A stretch of 63,331 nt of DNA, filler included, from Nemertoderma westbladi (taxonomy: Eukaryota > Animalia > Xenacoelomorpha), in assembly GCA_032718475.1 (NCBI GenBank). It is 3 parts of 3 records of this genome, joined end to end, with 100 filler letters (N's around TTAATTAATTAA, not from the genome) between each part and the next. Parts side by side here need not be neighbours in the genome. Positions count along the whole stretch, not along the records: positions 1 to 18,292 come from JAUCBJ010001091.1; 2 more parts are not named here. One strand, 5' to 3'. The notes under the pieces were generated by a model that had not been told where the DNA came from, did no database searches, and saw only the letters and a list, made by a program, of their open reading frames with translations. Numbering within the stretch: the stretch's first letter is position 1; each line of letters starts with the position of its first letter. A program made the position numbers and the translations under genes. Positions 1-11,686 of this stretch are shown here, piece by piece.

Positions 1-19
1 GTACGATTGTAAATAATTA

Positions 20-718
20 TAGTTATAAAGTTGGAAACAATTTCTATTAATGACAAATTTAAATACTAGCTAATAGGAATAGAACAGTTGTCAGCAATAA
101 AACAGGGGTAATATTGAAGGGGCACTTTAGCATAGCCCGATGTGTGAGCGTTTTTTGAAAATTTTGCAGCATTTTTAAAATATTTTTTTTTTAGTTTTTA
201 AATGGTAACTGGAACAAATATAATATTATGTTCAAATAAAATAAAACAAGTCGGCAATTTAATCAAATGAACGATCGCAATGAACACAAATTAATTTTAG
301 ATAATAATTCTTTAAATGTTCAAGAAAAATGTCAGCTATTTGTTATTGAAAAAATAATGTTCTAGAACAAATATTTTTACCCTGGAACTTTTTTTTCCCG
401 AGAAAAAAAACAAGGCTTGCATTAAGATAAACCATAAACCTCTAAAACACGAGAAATAAGTTGTCACAAGCAATTGAACTATTGAAAGGATTTTCAAAAT
501 TTCGTGCTGGCACCAAAATTGCAAAACTGCACCGAAAAATACAAGTTTGATACGCCTGGTGAAATTTGTATACTGAATATTCTATCGAAACCAGAAACCC
601 AAAAAACCCCTATTGCGTAAAAAAACAGGTTCAAACAATCAATTTACAAAATTGACATATTTAAAAATTTGGTGCTGCACCAAAATTTGGCACCCACCGA
701 GAAAAACAAGTTTGAAAT
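20..718. mobile_element. Fragment of a non-autonomous DNA-transposon family (copy 1; near-identical copy at 7318-8018)
   Basis: About 700 bp nearly identical to 7318-8018. Its right part (GGTGCTGCACCAAAATTT motifs) matches, in reverse orientation, the interior of the TTAA element at 40517-42090. Confidence 0.75.
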
Positions 719-1594
719 CGCGATCCACCGCTCCGAGGTATTTAATTCCTTGGAGATGAATGTTGTATAACTCGATGGTAAATCTCACCCCCCATATCGG
801 CTTCCCATCCAATAAGTTAAAACATTCTACACGGAACCACCCCAACTCAACATTATCTTTATAACCTATAATTATTATATCGTCCGCAACCCAATCTAGA
901 CATTCTATACCAAATTTACTGAACTCAAAGACTTTAATTGGCTTTTGTATTGAAGATAAATTAATAAAATCCCAAAGTTTAATTCCCGGAGTTGGAGTTG
1001 GGTGAGTGGAGTAGGTTATTAGACGTTTAGCTGTTGGTGAGAATGAAACTCCTATCTGGGAAGGGGAGTGGGCCTTCCAAGTTATAGTGGAGTCGGGGAC
1101 CTCCGTATTGATGCAACTGATAGTCCCGTTGTGGGACGAGAAACAGAATATATTTGAATCCTTAGGATGGAAGTTTATACTGTTTGTGAGTATCGGTGAT
1201 GTTTTATTGATTAAATCTTCCTCCTTTATGACCGAATGGGAATCAAAATGATCGAATATTAATTCTCCATCAGTTGAATCCCGAATATGAATCCAACCAT
1301 CTAAAGTTCGGTAACATATCCTTCTTCCATCAGCCGATAATTTTGCATCATATAGATATAGCGATGGATTGATATTAATTTTATCTTCTGTAATAATCTT
1401 CTTCCCACAGGCAGCATCGCAAATCATTAACTTATTATTGACGTAAACTAGAATCGTTTTTCCATCAGCAGATAACTGAATTCCATACGTCAACCGGGTC
1501 TCGTAATCCTTCAGTAACTTTATCGATAAGGGTTCATCTGTTTCATCTCTTGTTCTATTCATTGAGTTGCTGAGATCGAAATAAAGTTTATTTT
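719..1594 (-). pseudogene. WD40-repeat protein exon, 3'-truncated by a transposon copy
   Basis: WD40 motifs (LSADGKTILV, FHPKDSNIFCFSSHNGTISC, AHSPSQIGVSFSPTAKRLITYS...IKLWD). TTTGCAG acceptor at 1595-1596, with the frame open to the ATG at 1562. The ORF's last ~26 codons (639-718) lie inside the repeat element. Confidence 0.6.
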
Positions 1595-2401
1595 CTGCAA
1601 ATAATAAAATAACAACACAAACTAATCAGATGATTATAATAAATTATAATTGATTAATAATAAAATATTATTTACAAATAAATTACAATTTACAAATATT
1701 AATGTTCTACTTCTAATAGAGAGGGATATTTATAATACCGGTACGAATAATCTGCTATCCAATATTAATTAATATCCATGCTATAAACCTACATTCTGAC
1801 ATTACAGCTACCGCGCTACCGGTACATTTACTGTTACTATAAAAACAAGAAACAAAAATAATAAATTATGATTACATCTGGAGTATAAAAAGGAGTATAT
1901 TTATTGTGCCACTTAATTGCACCAGCAGCTAACAATCAGTTCCGTTATATAAGTCTCATCGATGCTATTACGCCGACCCAAAGAAAGAAACTAAGAACTA
2001 AAATTCAAAGTCCAGCCTTTATAAAATCTCATTATATTTTAGGAGTAGTGGGGTCAACAAAACGCGCATACCTCACTTTCATACAGGAAAAAATACAAAC
2101 AAATAAATTAATAATTTAATTAATAATTAATTTTAAAATAAATAATTCAATATTAAAATATAAATTTAAAGCTGTGCCCAACAAAAAGTTATAGGGCCTA
2201 ATAATTTGATAAATGAATTAAATTAAATGGATGGATAAAATAAATTATTTTTTCCATTTCTGAACAAAACCATAATATCACAAATAATAATTTGAAACCA
2301 CTCATTCGCCCTAACACCAATAATAAAAGATTTTATGGCTCACTAAAATTAATTTATTTGCAGTATTGCGGTATTTTTGCAGGGAGCAGGTGAGAGGCGT
2401 A

Positions 2402-2610
2402 TTGTTGCAAAGGCTGCCTGGGGGTACATGTTGTGACAGGAGAAACAGTTAAGAAGATTATTTTTTCGATTCCGTTATTCAGTACTGAGTAATAAATAGC
2501 CTTTCAAATAAATGTAAAGTGCATTTTTTATTCGTATGAAATTAAATTGAAAAAACTTATTTCATAGACTAAATTTAGTGAATTTGTTATCAATATTTCG
2601 CTTAATCCAT
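2402..2610. mobile_element. Host DNA-element copy A (continues at 4320-4386 after the CR1 insertion)
   Basis: 2402-2610 plus 4320-4386 is colinear with 4651-4764 plus 6174-6330. Confidence 0.7.
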
Positions 2611-4319
2611 CTTGTCAAGGATGCAATCTTGTATTATGTTATTTTGAATAACTTAATTATCAGCTCCCAGCATGGCTTTATGCCTGGTAAGTCATGCCTA
2701 ACGAATCTTCTTGAGTATTTAGAATGCCTAACCAAGCTTGTTGATGAAGGTCATTCTGTCGATGTCCTAGATAGATCGAGGTAGATCCTTGATTTCAACA
2801 ACGCCATACCTCACAATACTGTAGTTAGATTGGGATGTTAATCATCCGCCCTGGGATATGGTTGACTGTGCTGGCTTAGGCTCGACCCGAGCTGACTGGT
2901 CTGTGTAAGGATGTGCTAGGTACCTAGGTCTGTAGGTCCCTTACCGGTCACGTTACCTGCTTTGTACCGTACAGCGTTTCTGTGATCTACTGATCTACCG
3001 GTCTGTTGTCAACTGCAACTGCCTCATTATATTATTCGTATTACAGTCACCTATGTTCCTTCTTCATCCTTGGCGCAAGGCCTTTAACAAGGTCCCACAT
3101 TCTCGATTATTAGTTAAGCTAGAGGCACTTGGTATATGTGGCAATCTACTACGATGGATTTGATGGATAGAGGTATGGTTATCTGATAGACTTCAGCGGG
3201 TGGTACTCAATGGTGCATTCTCTAATTGGGCTCCAGTTCTTTCCGGTGTTCCACAGGGGTCAGTTCTGGGACCATTACTTTTTGTAATTTATATCAACGA
3301 CATCGATAGTGCTATTGATACAGTTGGACACTTCATGTTTAAGTTTGCAGACGACACTAAACTCTGAAACTCGGTGGTATTGTAAACAATGCTTGTGACA
3401 GGACAAAATTACAGGCCGACATTGACAACCTCTATAAATGGAGTATAGACTGGCAGATGTTGTTTAATTATTCTAAATGTCACATTTTGCACTTTGGTAA
3501 ACATAACTACGACTTTCAATACACCATTTCAAGCCATACGCTGCAAAGTGTTACCGTCGAAAAGGATGTTGGGGTGCACATCCACTCTTCATTAAAGCCA
3601 TCATATCATTGTGCAGCTGCTGCAAAGAAGGCTAATCAGGTATTAGGTCAAATGTCTAGGAGCTTCCATTATAGGGACAAATCAACTTGGGTGCGTCTAT
3701 ACAAACAATATGTTCGTCCACATCTCGAATATTGCGTGCAGTCATGGTCACCATGGCTACAAGGAGACATTAAACTTTTAGAATCAGTCCAGGAGCGGGC
3801 TGTTCCTATGATATCCAATCTTACTTCCTCGTCTTATTCTGATAGGTTAAAAGAGATTGGACTTCCATCCCTTGAATTTAGGCGTGACAGAGGAGACATG
3901 TTACAAACGTGGAAGTTTATTCATAACAAGACTGCCAGTAGTCCTAATACCTGGTTTAATTTGATGCAGGATATCAGCCAGCGTACCACAAGACTTGCCT
4001 CTCACGATCTAAATTTCACTAAACCTCCTGCTCATCTAGACATTCGCGACAAGTTTTATAGTATCAGATGTGTCCGTACTGGAACTCATTACCTGACAAG
4101 ATTAAGAGTGCTACGACCGTCGACAGCTTCAAGTCTCTATATGACCAGCACATGTCCAACACATAAACTTTTAGACCGGTATTAATGTGTGTGCATATTA
4201 TTATTCAATGTTTATCACTGTATTGTGTATTTCTGTATTATTTTTTTTCTTTTGGTTTTCTTGGTATCCTATATTTAACCTGTTAGGTTCCTTAGGATTA
4301 TCTTTATTAAATTAAATTA
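2611..4319 (+). mobile_element. 5'-truncated CR1-clade LINE (degenerate RT ORF2)
   Basis: QHGFMPGKSCLTNLL, KAFNKVPH, SGVPQGSVLGPLLF, KFADDTKL, EKDVGV, YVRPHLEYCVQSWSP motifs with stops and frameshifts. (ATTAA)n 3' tail. AATCCAT target-site duplication (TSD) at 2604-2610 and 4320-4326. Confidence 0.9.
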
Positions 4320-4385
4320 AATCCATTTTTCGTTGTTTCATTCTCGAGTTATGGAAACTTTTGTAATTTTCACCCAAAATTGAAA

Positions 4386-4650
4386 AAGATCAGCAAAGTC
4401 TAGATCAGTTAGGTACTTGGCAGGATTTCCTCGACTTCTGGAGCCAGTAGGTGGAGTTATCATCACCCCATCATCATTATGATGATCTAAGGACATTCGT
4501 AGAACATAGTTAACAACAATTATGAACAAGAATGGTGCAAGTGTGTCTCCCTGGAGGACGCCCCATAACACTTCAAATGGTTCTGTGTCACCGTCAACAG
4601 TAGACACAAATGTTGTCGAACCATCGTATACTGATCTTAGATCTGACTGA
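4386..4650 (-). mobile_element. RTE-clade LINE reverse-transcriptase fragment
   Basis: VDGDTEPFEVLWGVLQGDTLAPFLFIIVVNYVLR...LTDLDFADL is typical of RTE RT domains 4-5. Confidence 0.8.
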
Positions 4651-4764
4651 TTGTTGCAAAGGCTGCCTGGGGGTACATGTTGTAACAGGAGAAACAGTTA
4701 AGATTATTTTTTCGATTCCGTTATTCAGTACTGAGTAATAAATAGCCTTTCAAATAAATGTAAA

Positions 4765-6170
4765 TATCGAATAATTTATCGAATTATCGAAATATAATTC
4801 ATCTTATACCCAATATTCAATTTGGCTTTCTACCTGGGAGATCCACCCGCCAGGCCGTGGATCAGCTCCTATCCGATATCTGGGCGGCATTTCAAACCCC
4901 GGTAAACGGAAAGCGTGTCCTGTACGCCGCGTTCGTCGACTTCCGTAAGGCTTTCGACGTCGTCAGTAGGGCGGTCCTCCTTTACAAGATATACCAACTC
5001 GGCATCCGTGGGAAGACCTACGACATTATTAAAGAACTACTAGACAACTCCATCAGAATCTACGACGGCCTCCGTTTAACCAACGCTATTAAGCAGCTCC
5101 GCGGAATCCTCCAAGGAGACTGTCTCTCACCAACCTGCTTCCTTATATTCATTACCGACCTTGCCCACACAATTCTAAATGTCTGTAATCTAATAAAGCT
5201 CATTTACTATGCGGATGACCTGGTCTTATTCTCAACTGCTCGAGCCGACCTCCAACATGCCCTAGATATTCTACACGACTGGTGTATCCTAAATGGTATG
5301 ACTGTAAACATCAAGAAAACAAAAATAATGAAATTTCGTAAAGCTGGCCGCCTCACTAAAAATGATAATTTTACATACAATGGAACCCCCCCTCATTATA
5401 ACAAATCGTTACGAATATTTAGGTTTAACTCTACAGCCTTCCCTATGTTTCTCCGAACATATCCAACAAAAGAAATCTTCCGCTTTCTCAATAATTGGAT
5501 CCCTAAGTAAGTTCTACTTCTAACCTCTACTTACAATAGAAACCGGACTAAAACTTTTCAATATGAAGATAGCCCCAGCATCACTTTACCTCATAACAAG
5601 TATTGGTCAATATCTCACACCAAATAACCTCAAGGAACTCGACAAAATTAAAACGCAAGATATAAAAATAATGATCTGTCTCCATAAATCTGCCTCCTCA
5701 ACATTAGCCCTGAATTTAGTAAATGAAAAACCCCTAATGGAAACCGTTACATCAACCCACCCCGACAACTTCAAAAGTGACGTCATCGCTCCCTACAGAG
5801 CCTTCCGCTCGGAACGGGAGACCAACTTTATATCGCAACGGTATGCCGATGGTCCCGGATTTGCCAGTTCGGTGTGGAAGCGGGCTGGCCAACGCAACCG
5901 CCACCACATTACGCGTGCGACCTCACATGGTTTTCACCACCTCGTCTGCAAAAACTCAACCCCATTTCACACGCTCTCCCCCGAATGCCACTGCCGATAC
6001 TGTAACTCAATTTGCGACCGATACCACGCGCTCAGCTGCCCCCAGTGTCCATCTCTTACCTTTCTCGCCTCAAATTAACTCATCTGAAATATCTGTATAT
6101 TGCCCATGTTACCGTACAATATTTCAATTTTACCCCGCGTGGGGGTGTATATATTATAATATTAAAATAA
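4765..6170 (+). mobile_element. 5'-truncated RTE-X-like LINE (RT plus C-terminal Cys/His finger)
   Basis: YAAFVDFRKAFD, RGILQGDCLSP, YYADDLVL, VNIKKTKIMKFRKAGRL and a C-terminal CHCRYC...H...C. Frameshifted between the 4857-5510 and 5563-6078 ORFs. Interrupts host copy B with an AAATAAATG-like duplication. Clade call is tentative. Confidence 0.75.
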
Positions 6171-6619
6171 ATGAAAGTGCATTTTTTATTCGTATGAAAT
6201 TAAATTTTCTGCTAACTTATTTCATAGACTAATTTTAGTGAATTTGTTATCGATATTTCGCTTAATCCACTTTTCGTTGTTTCATTCTCGAGTTATGGAA
6301 ACTTTTGTAATTTTCACCCAAAATTGAAAAATTTTTAATTTTGGTGCAGCACCACATTTGACACCAAAAAATGATCATTAAACACACAAAAATTTCGAAA
6401 TATCTTGCCATTTACGGAATCAGCGCCGAAAATTACTACTAGTAGAGGTACTTATTCAGCCGTTAGGCCAGGGAATACGCACAACGTTAACGTATGATTA
6501 CTATTTCCAGTGCGGTCCCCCTGAGGAAACTCTAGAACTCAAAAGATTGGCCGAGTTATTAACGTTTAAAATTGAACACGACAGAACGACAGAACGACAG
6601 GTTGATTAATGGTACCACT

Positions 6620-6835
6620 ACACTAAGGCTCACTCACTTCGTGGCTCGCCCCACATGTCACCCCCCCCCCTCGCCCTTTCCCTTGGCCAATAATTATATG
6701 ACAGCATTGGCACAGCCTATCAGAATAGCTATTCGAATAGCCAATCAACATTCCTTACTACATTAATCAGTAGTATCTAATATCGTTTGATTAATTAATG
6801 TCGTCAGGCGAGCCACGAAGTTTGCGGAGTCTTAA
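6620..6835. mobile_element. Small MITE-like element
   Basis: Imperfect inverted ends ACTTCGTGGCTCGCC / GGCGAGCCACGAAGT. A related half-end is at ~17770-17806. Confidence 0.45.
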
Positions 6836-6959
6836 CAAACTAATACTGTTACTGATTTAGTCAAGTAATAGCTATCCATTATATTATTGTAAAAAAAATT
6901 TGGAAAATTTTCAGAATACACCTTCTTGCAATCACTGCCATGAAATAGAACATTTATAC

Positions 6960-7215
6960 CTTAATAAGTTACAACATTTGAAACGGAATGGAAGTAAATA
7001 TGGTAGAAACAAAAATAATTAAGATTAGAAATGCCGGCCGTCTCACTCAAAATGACTCTTTCACATACTTTACGACTACAAACCCGTTACAATGTCAAAT
7101 AAGTATGAATACCTCGTGTCACCCTACAAACAGCGCTGTGCTTCATTCACCAACCATATAAAACCAAAATAAAAAAATGTTACCGTGCAATCGGCTCCAT
7201 TTCTCACCTACATCT
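6960..7215 (+). mobile_element. Degenerate second fragment of the RTE-X-like LINE
   Basis: Translates NGMEVNMVETKIIKIRNAGRLTQNDSFTY, versus NGMTVNIKKTKIMKFRKAGRLTKNDNFTY at ~5292-5380. Confidence 0.7.
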
Positions 7216-7317
7216 GCCCTCGGGCCAGTTATAAACCCTCGGCTTCGCCTCGGGTCTATAACATGTCCCTCGGGTAAATAACTCGTAAAATAACTAAATA
7301 ACCTGGTAATAAATTAT

Positions 7318-8018
7318 GTTATAAAGTTGGAAACAATTTCTATTAATGACAAATTTAAATACTTATAAAATTATGTTATTTTTATAGCTAATAGGAATAG
7401 AACAGTTGTCAGCAATAAAACAGGGGTAATATTGAAGGGGCACTTTAGCATAGCCCGATGTGTGAGCGTTTTTTGAAAATTTTGCAGCATTTTTAAAATA
7501 TTTTTTATTTAGTTTTTAAATGGTAACTGGAACAAATATAATATTATGTTCAAATAAAATAAAACAAGTCGGCAATTTAATCAAATGAATGATCGCAATG
7601 AACACAAATTAATTTTAGATAATAATTATTTTAATGTTCCAAGAAAAATGTCAGCTATTTGTTATTGAAAAAATAATGTTCTAGAACAAATATTTTTACC
7701 CTGGAAGTCACAAGGCTTTTGCATTAAGATAAACCATAAACCTCTAAAACGCGAGAAATAAGTTGTCACAAGCAATTGAACTATTGAAAGGATTTTCAAA
7801 ATTTCGTGCCGGCACCAAAATTGCAAAACTGCACCGAAAAATACAAGTTTGATACGCCTGGTGAAACTCGTATCTGAATATTCTATCGAAACCAGAAACC
7901 CAAAAAACCCCTATTGCGTGAAAAAACAGGTTCAAACAATCAATTTACAAAATTGATATATTTAAAAATTTGGTGCTGCACCAAAATTTGGCACCACCGA
8001 GAAAAACAAGTTTGAAAT
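7318..8018. mobile_element. DNA-transposon family fragment (copy 2 of 20-718)
   Basis: Direct near-identity with 20-718. Confidence 0.75.
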
Positions 8019-8189
8019 TTTTATATTAATTTATATGAATTCCATCTAATTGCAAACACCAACAGTCCACTGATGCGCCCGTCTTGTTATATTAATATTC
8101 AGTTGAAATATTTCAAATTAATTATTAAGTAATTAAACAGGACTAAGGATGATCCAACTCTATAGCAAATTGAGCGGAAAAAATGAATT

Positions 8190-8261
8190 CGCCACCATCG
8201 GGGATCGAACCCGCGTCTCCCGATAAACGTTCAGGTATGCTAACCACTACACCACGGAGGC
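8190..8261 (-). pseudogene. tRNA-derived (SINE-like) unit, left arm
   Basis: A box TGGTGTAGTGG, B box GGTTCGATCC, followed by a T6 run. The anticodon loop ACGTTTA is non-canonical (no U33, no purine 37). Confidence 0.65.
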
Positions 8262-8337
8262 TCCTGCATCTTTCCGATTGATTTGCTATAGGTGATAAGC
8301 TACCTTACGGTTGCTATTGAAATAGCAAGATACAGGA

Positions 8338-8409
8338 GCCTCCGTGGTGTAGTGGTTAGCATACCTGAACGTTTATCGGGAGACGCGGGTTCGATCCCCG
8401 CTGGTGGCG
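8338..8409 (+). pseudogene. tRNA-derived (SINE-like) unit, right arm
   Basis: GCCTCCGTGGTGTAGTGGTTAGCATACCTGAACGTTTATCGGGAGACGCGGGTTCGATCCCCGCTGGTGGCG followed by a TTTTTT Pol III terminator-like run. Confidence 0.65.
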
Positions 8410-8723
8410 AATTCATTTTTTCCGCTCCATTTGCTATCGAGTTGGATCATCCTTAGTCCTGTTTAATAACTTAATAATTTATACAATCTATGGATGTTAA
8501 ACTAAACACAAATACAATAATAATTCAAATTAATATATAAATACTAAGTAGGTATTATATTCTAGTTCAAAATAAATACTAACCAAATAATATCATCTTC
8601 AAACTTAGGCGAGGACAACATCTGTTATTCACACACAATAAACTCTCGGCGGCTCGTGGTGACCACAACATAAACACTGTTAGTTGGATTAACCGTTAAA
8701 CTCCTCCCAACGTTCCATTACAT

Positions 8724-8837
8724 TTAATTATAAATGATTTGTTGTGGGGTGGGTGACGGCGAATAAATATATGTTAAAATACTATAACATATATTTATTC
8801 GCCGTCACCCACCCCACAACAAATCATTTATAATTAA
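8724..8837. repeat. Perfect ~52-bp-arm hairpin
   Basis: TTAATTATAAATGATTTGTTGTGGGGTGGGTGACGGCGAATAAATATATGTTA and its exact reverse complement. The arm resembles the end of the insertion at 15771. Confidence 0.85.
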
Positions 8838-9151
8838 TTAACACGCATGGCCGGCATACGGGGTTACAGTGGTTTCTACAACACTGTATAATAGTTATTC
8901 TTTGAGGCATGGTTGCCATTTCTGGCAGAGCACGGGAATAACATTGTACTTTCCTATGAGTGACGTAAAAAGGCCTAAAAATGATAAAAGAAAAAAATAC
9001 TATAACATATATTCCATTCGATTTAGATTTCGGGGCCAGGTAGTCACCCCCCCCCCCCCCCCCCCTTATTATATATAATTATATTCGAATAAGAATAATA
9101 AATTATAGTTAAATGTTATTTTATCTTTTCGAGTCAATAATCCCCCTAACA

Positions 9152-9992
9152 ATGGCGACGATCTGTGAACTCAAAATGATCCCGAGTACCGAGGAGGTTG
9201 TATTTGTGTCTCACAACCTCCCCTGTATCATAAACTCATCGACTCTCTACGAAAAGGAATATCTACCACGATCCGGAGGTTCTATCGATTACTACACAGT
9301 CGCGGTTTCTTCGGACGGGAACCGCGTTGCCTCGGGAACCTTGGGGGAGTCGGTGACTGTCTGGGAGCGGGAAGCGACCGGTTGGAGGGTCGTAGTGGAG
9401 GTACCGGGGAGGGAGTTAGTGGTTGGTGAGGGGGAGGGTAGGGCGGGAATAGATATAAATCCCTCCAACCGGGTCGTCATAGCAACATGTGGGGACGTCG
9501 GGGGGATTTCTATTATATCAATAACTGGTAGGAACTATAAGGTTACAAACTGGGTGGGGCATTCTGGGTGGGTTAAATGTATTCGGTTCGACTCGAACGG
9601 GTCCCGGTTGGCCAGCTGTTCGCGGGATAGAACAGTAAAAGTTTGGCGGACCGGAACCCGGGAGCTGTTGTACCAATACCGGGGGCACAGTGGGAGGGTC
9701 TACAGTCTGGGTTGGGGACCGGATGGGGAGTCTGTAGTGTCGGTAGGTGAGGGAGGGATGATCCATCGCTTCGTTGTTGGTAAAGGGGAAACCTTGTGGA
9801 GACAGGAAGCAACTCCTGAGGTCCGGAAGATCGTATTGAGTCCCAACGGGTTGAGGATCGATGCTGTTGGGGAGATCGGGTTGATTTATATAATAAATTC
9901 TGTAACCGGGGAGGTTATCAACCGGATTGAAGGAACTGGGAGCCACATCGACGCTGTGGATTTCTGTAAAGATAACCGGCATATTATTACAG
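9152..9992 (+). CDS. WD40-WHD-Roc-COR (Roco-family) protein, exon 1: WD40 repeats
   Basis: ATG in AACAATGG context. WD40 repeats (GHSGWVKCIRFDSNGSRLASCSRDRTVKVW; GHSGRVYSLGWGPDG). Phase-1 donor AG|GTAAAT after 9992. Confidence 0.8.
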
Positions 9993-10712
9993 GTAAATAA
10001 TTAATAGACTTCTTTTATTACAACACGTTCAATTAATTAGTTAGGCCTAGGGTCTAATTCAATACCGTACCACGTACCATAGTAAGTAATAATAAATAAC
10101 ACTTATATGAATTAATTACATTAATTATTTTTCTCTAAAACAATTTAATTTATTTAATAATTGACTTACCGATATGATGCGGGTTAACTGAATATTACCC
10201 TTCACTGCCTCCTGCCAATATTGGGTACCATGGGAACGAAATTAAAATTAGTCTAATATCAGAATATAGACCACTGAAAATCAGAATGTATTACAACATA
10301 GTCATGTAGTCAGATAGTTTTAGGTGCAGTTTGGTTCCGATAAATGTAACATAAAAATAAACTAATAAACCAGCAATTAGCTTAATACTGTAATAATATT
10401 ACAGTATTATGTATTCAGTTATCTGTTAGGTTGTTTGTTATTGGTTTGTATCAATGGCGTTTTAACCAACTGGTAGTTCTACTTAAAATAAACTAACTAT
10501 AATGGTACCAATAGGCCTACCGGTACTGCAATGCAGTAAAATAACTGTACAGAGAATACAACCGGTACTGTATAATAAATACAACTTTCATTTTTAAGTC
10601 TGCCACACAGTCCCATTACTTAAGGCATACAAAAAGGTTTATTATAATATATCACCTTGCCTGTAATAAAATGTCATTTTATATAAGAAAGGGACACCCC
10701 TAACCCACACCC

Positions 10713-11430
10713 CAATTGCCACCGGACTATTGCCCCCCGGATAATTGCCTTCCGAGGAGAATTGCCCAGCTGACAATTGCTCTTCGAGGACAATTAATTG
10801 CCCCCGCACAATTTCCCCCTGGACAAGAGCCCCCAGACAATTGCCCCCCCCCCCGGACTATTGCTCCCCGGAAAATTTTCCCCCAATTACACTTACCCAC
10901 AAAACAGTAAATTGCCCCCAAGGAAAATTACAAAATAATAAGATCGTTCCTAACTATTAATTTAGTCTTCCTAACTTGTTACAACATTAAACAATAATTC
11001 TAGCTATAAGTCCGTTTTATATTTAAAAAAAATCCATGTTTTCATTAATTTATATCTTAAAGTATTTCATTACAATAGAAATATAATGTCAACGCACCCA
11101 AGCCATTACATTACGTCATAACAAAGATACAGTTAGCATAAAGTCAATCAAATTGTTTTGGAAAAAAATTGTGGATATTTTGATAAGCACATTAAGACGT
11201 TTAGAAGTGTTCAACTTGGGTTTTAATATTAACCGGGGGGCAATTCTGGGGCAATTATCCGGGGAGCAATTTTCCGGGGAAAATTGTCCGGGGCTAATAA
11301 TTGTCCAGGGTAATTGTGCGCGGGGGGCAATTGTCCAGGGGGCAATTTTCCAGGGGGCAATTGTCTGCGGGCAATTTCCTGGGGGCAAATGTCCGAGGGG
11401 TAATTTCATGGGGTCAATTGTCCTAGTTCC
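10713..11430. mobile_element. Foldback/MITE with inverted arrays of ~15-16-bp CAATTGCCCCCCGGA units (intron 1 of the Roco gene)
   Basis: Tandem array 10713-10925 and its reverse-complement array 11233-11430 around an AT-rich core. Confidence 0.75.
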
Positions 11431-11686
11431 GTTAGTCCACAATGTTTATAGTCATAATATAAGAGACTTGGAGACTATTCTCGAACATATCTCACGGGAA
11501 ATTGTTTTATTAAAAGTATCAGTGAGATCTATTTCAGCTTCAAACTTCAGATCAGAAATATTTCAAAAAAACTATTTTTTTTATTATTTTAACCATCTTA
11601 ATGTCCCGTTTATCATTGCTATAATACGTAATATTGGATGTCAACTCATTGAAAGGATAGCTTAGCAATAATTATTCTTTATACAG

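Larger units (their letters stand above)
8120..8479. mobile_element. Palindromic element with two divergent tRNA-derived units
   Basis: Arms ~8120-8271 and ~8328-8479 are reverse complements, and each contains a 72-nt tRNA-like sequence. Confidence 0.8.

Noticed and set aside
8338-8409. Functional tRNA-Asn(GTT) gene
   Set aside because: The anticodon loop lacks U33 and purine 37, the acceptor stem has a mismatch, and the unit is duplicated inside a palindromic repeat.
10716-11665. Pro/Gly/Cys-rich ORFs on both strands
   Set aside because: Translations of the inverted CAATTGCCCC arrays in the Roco intron.
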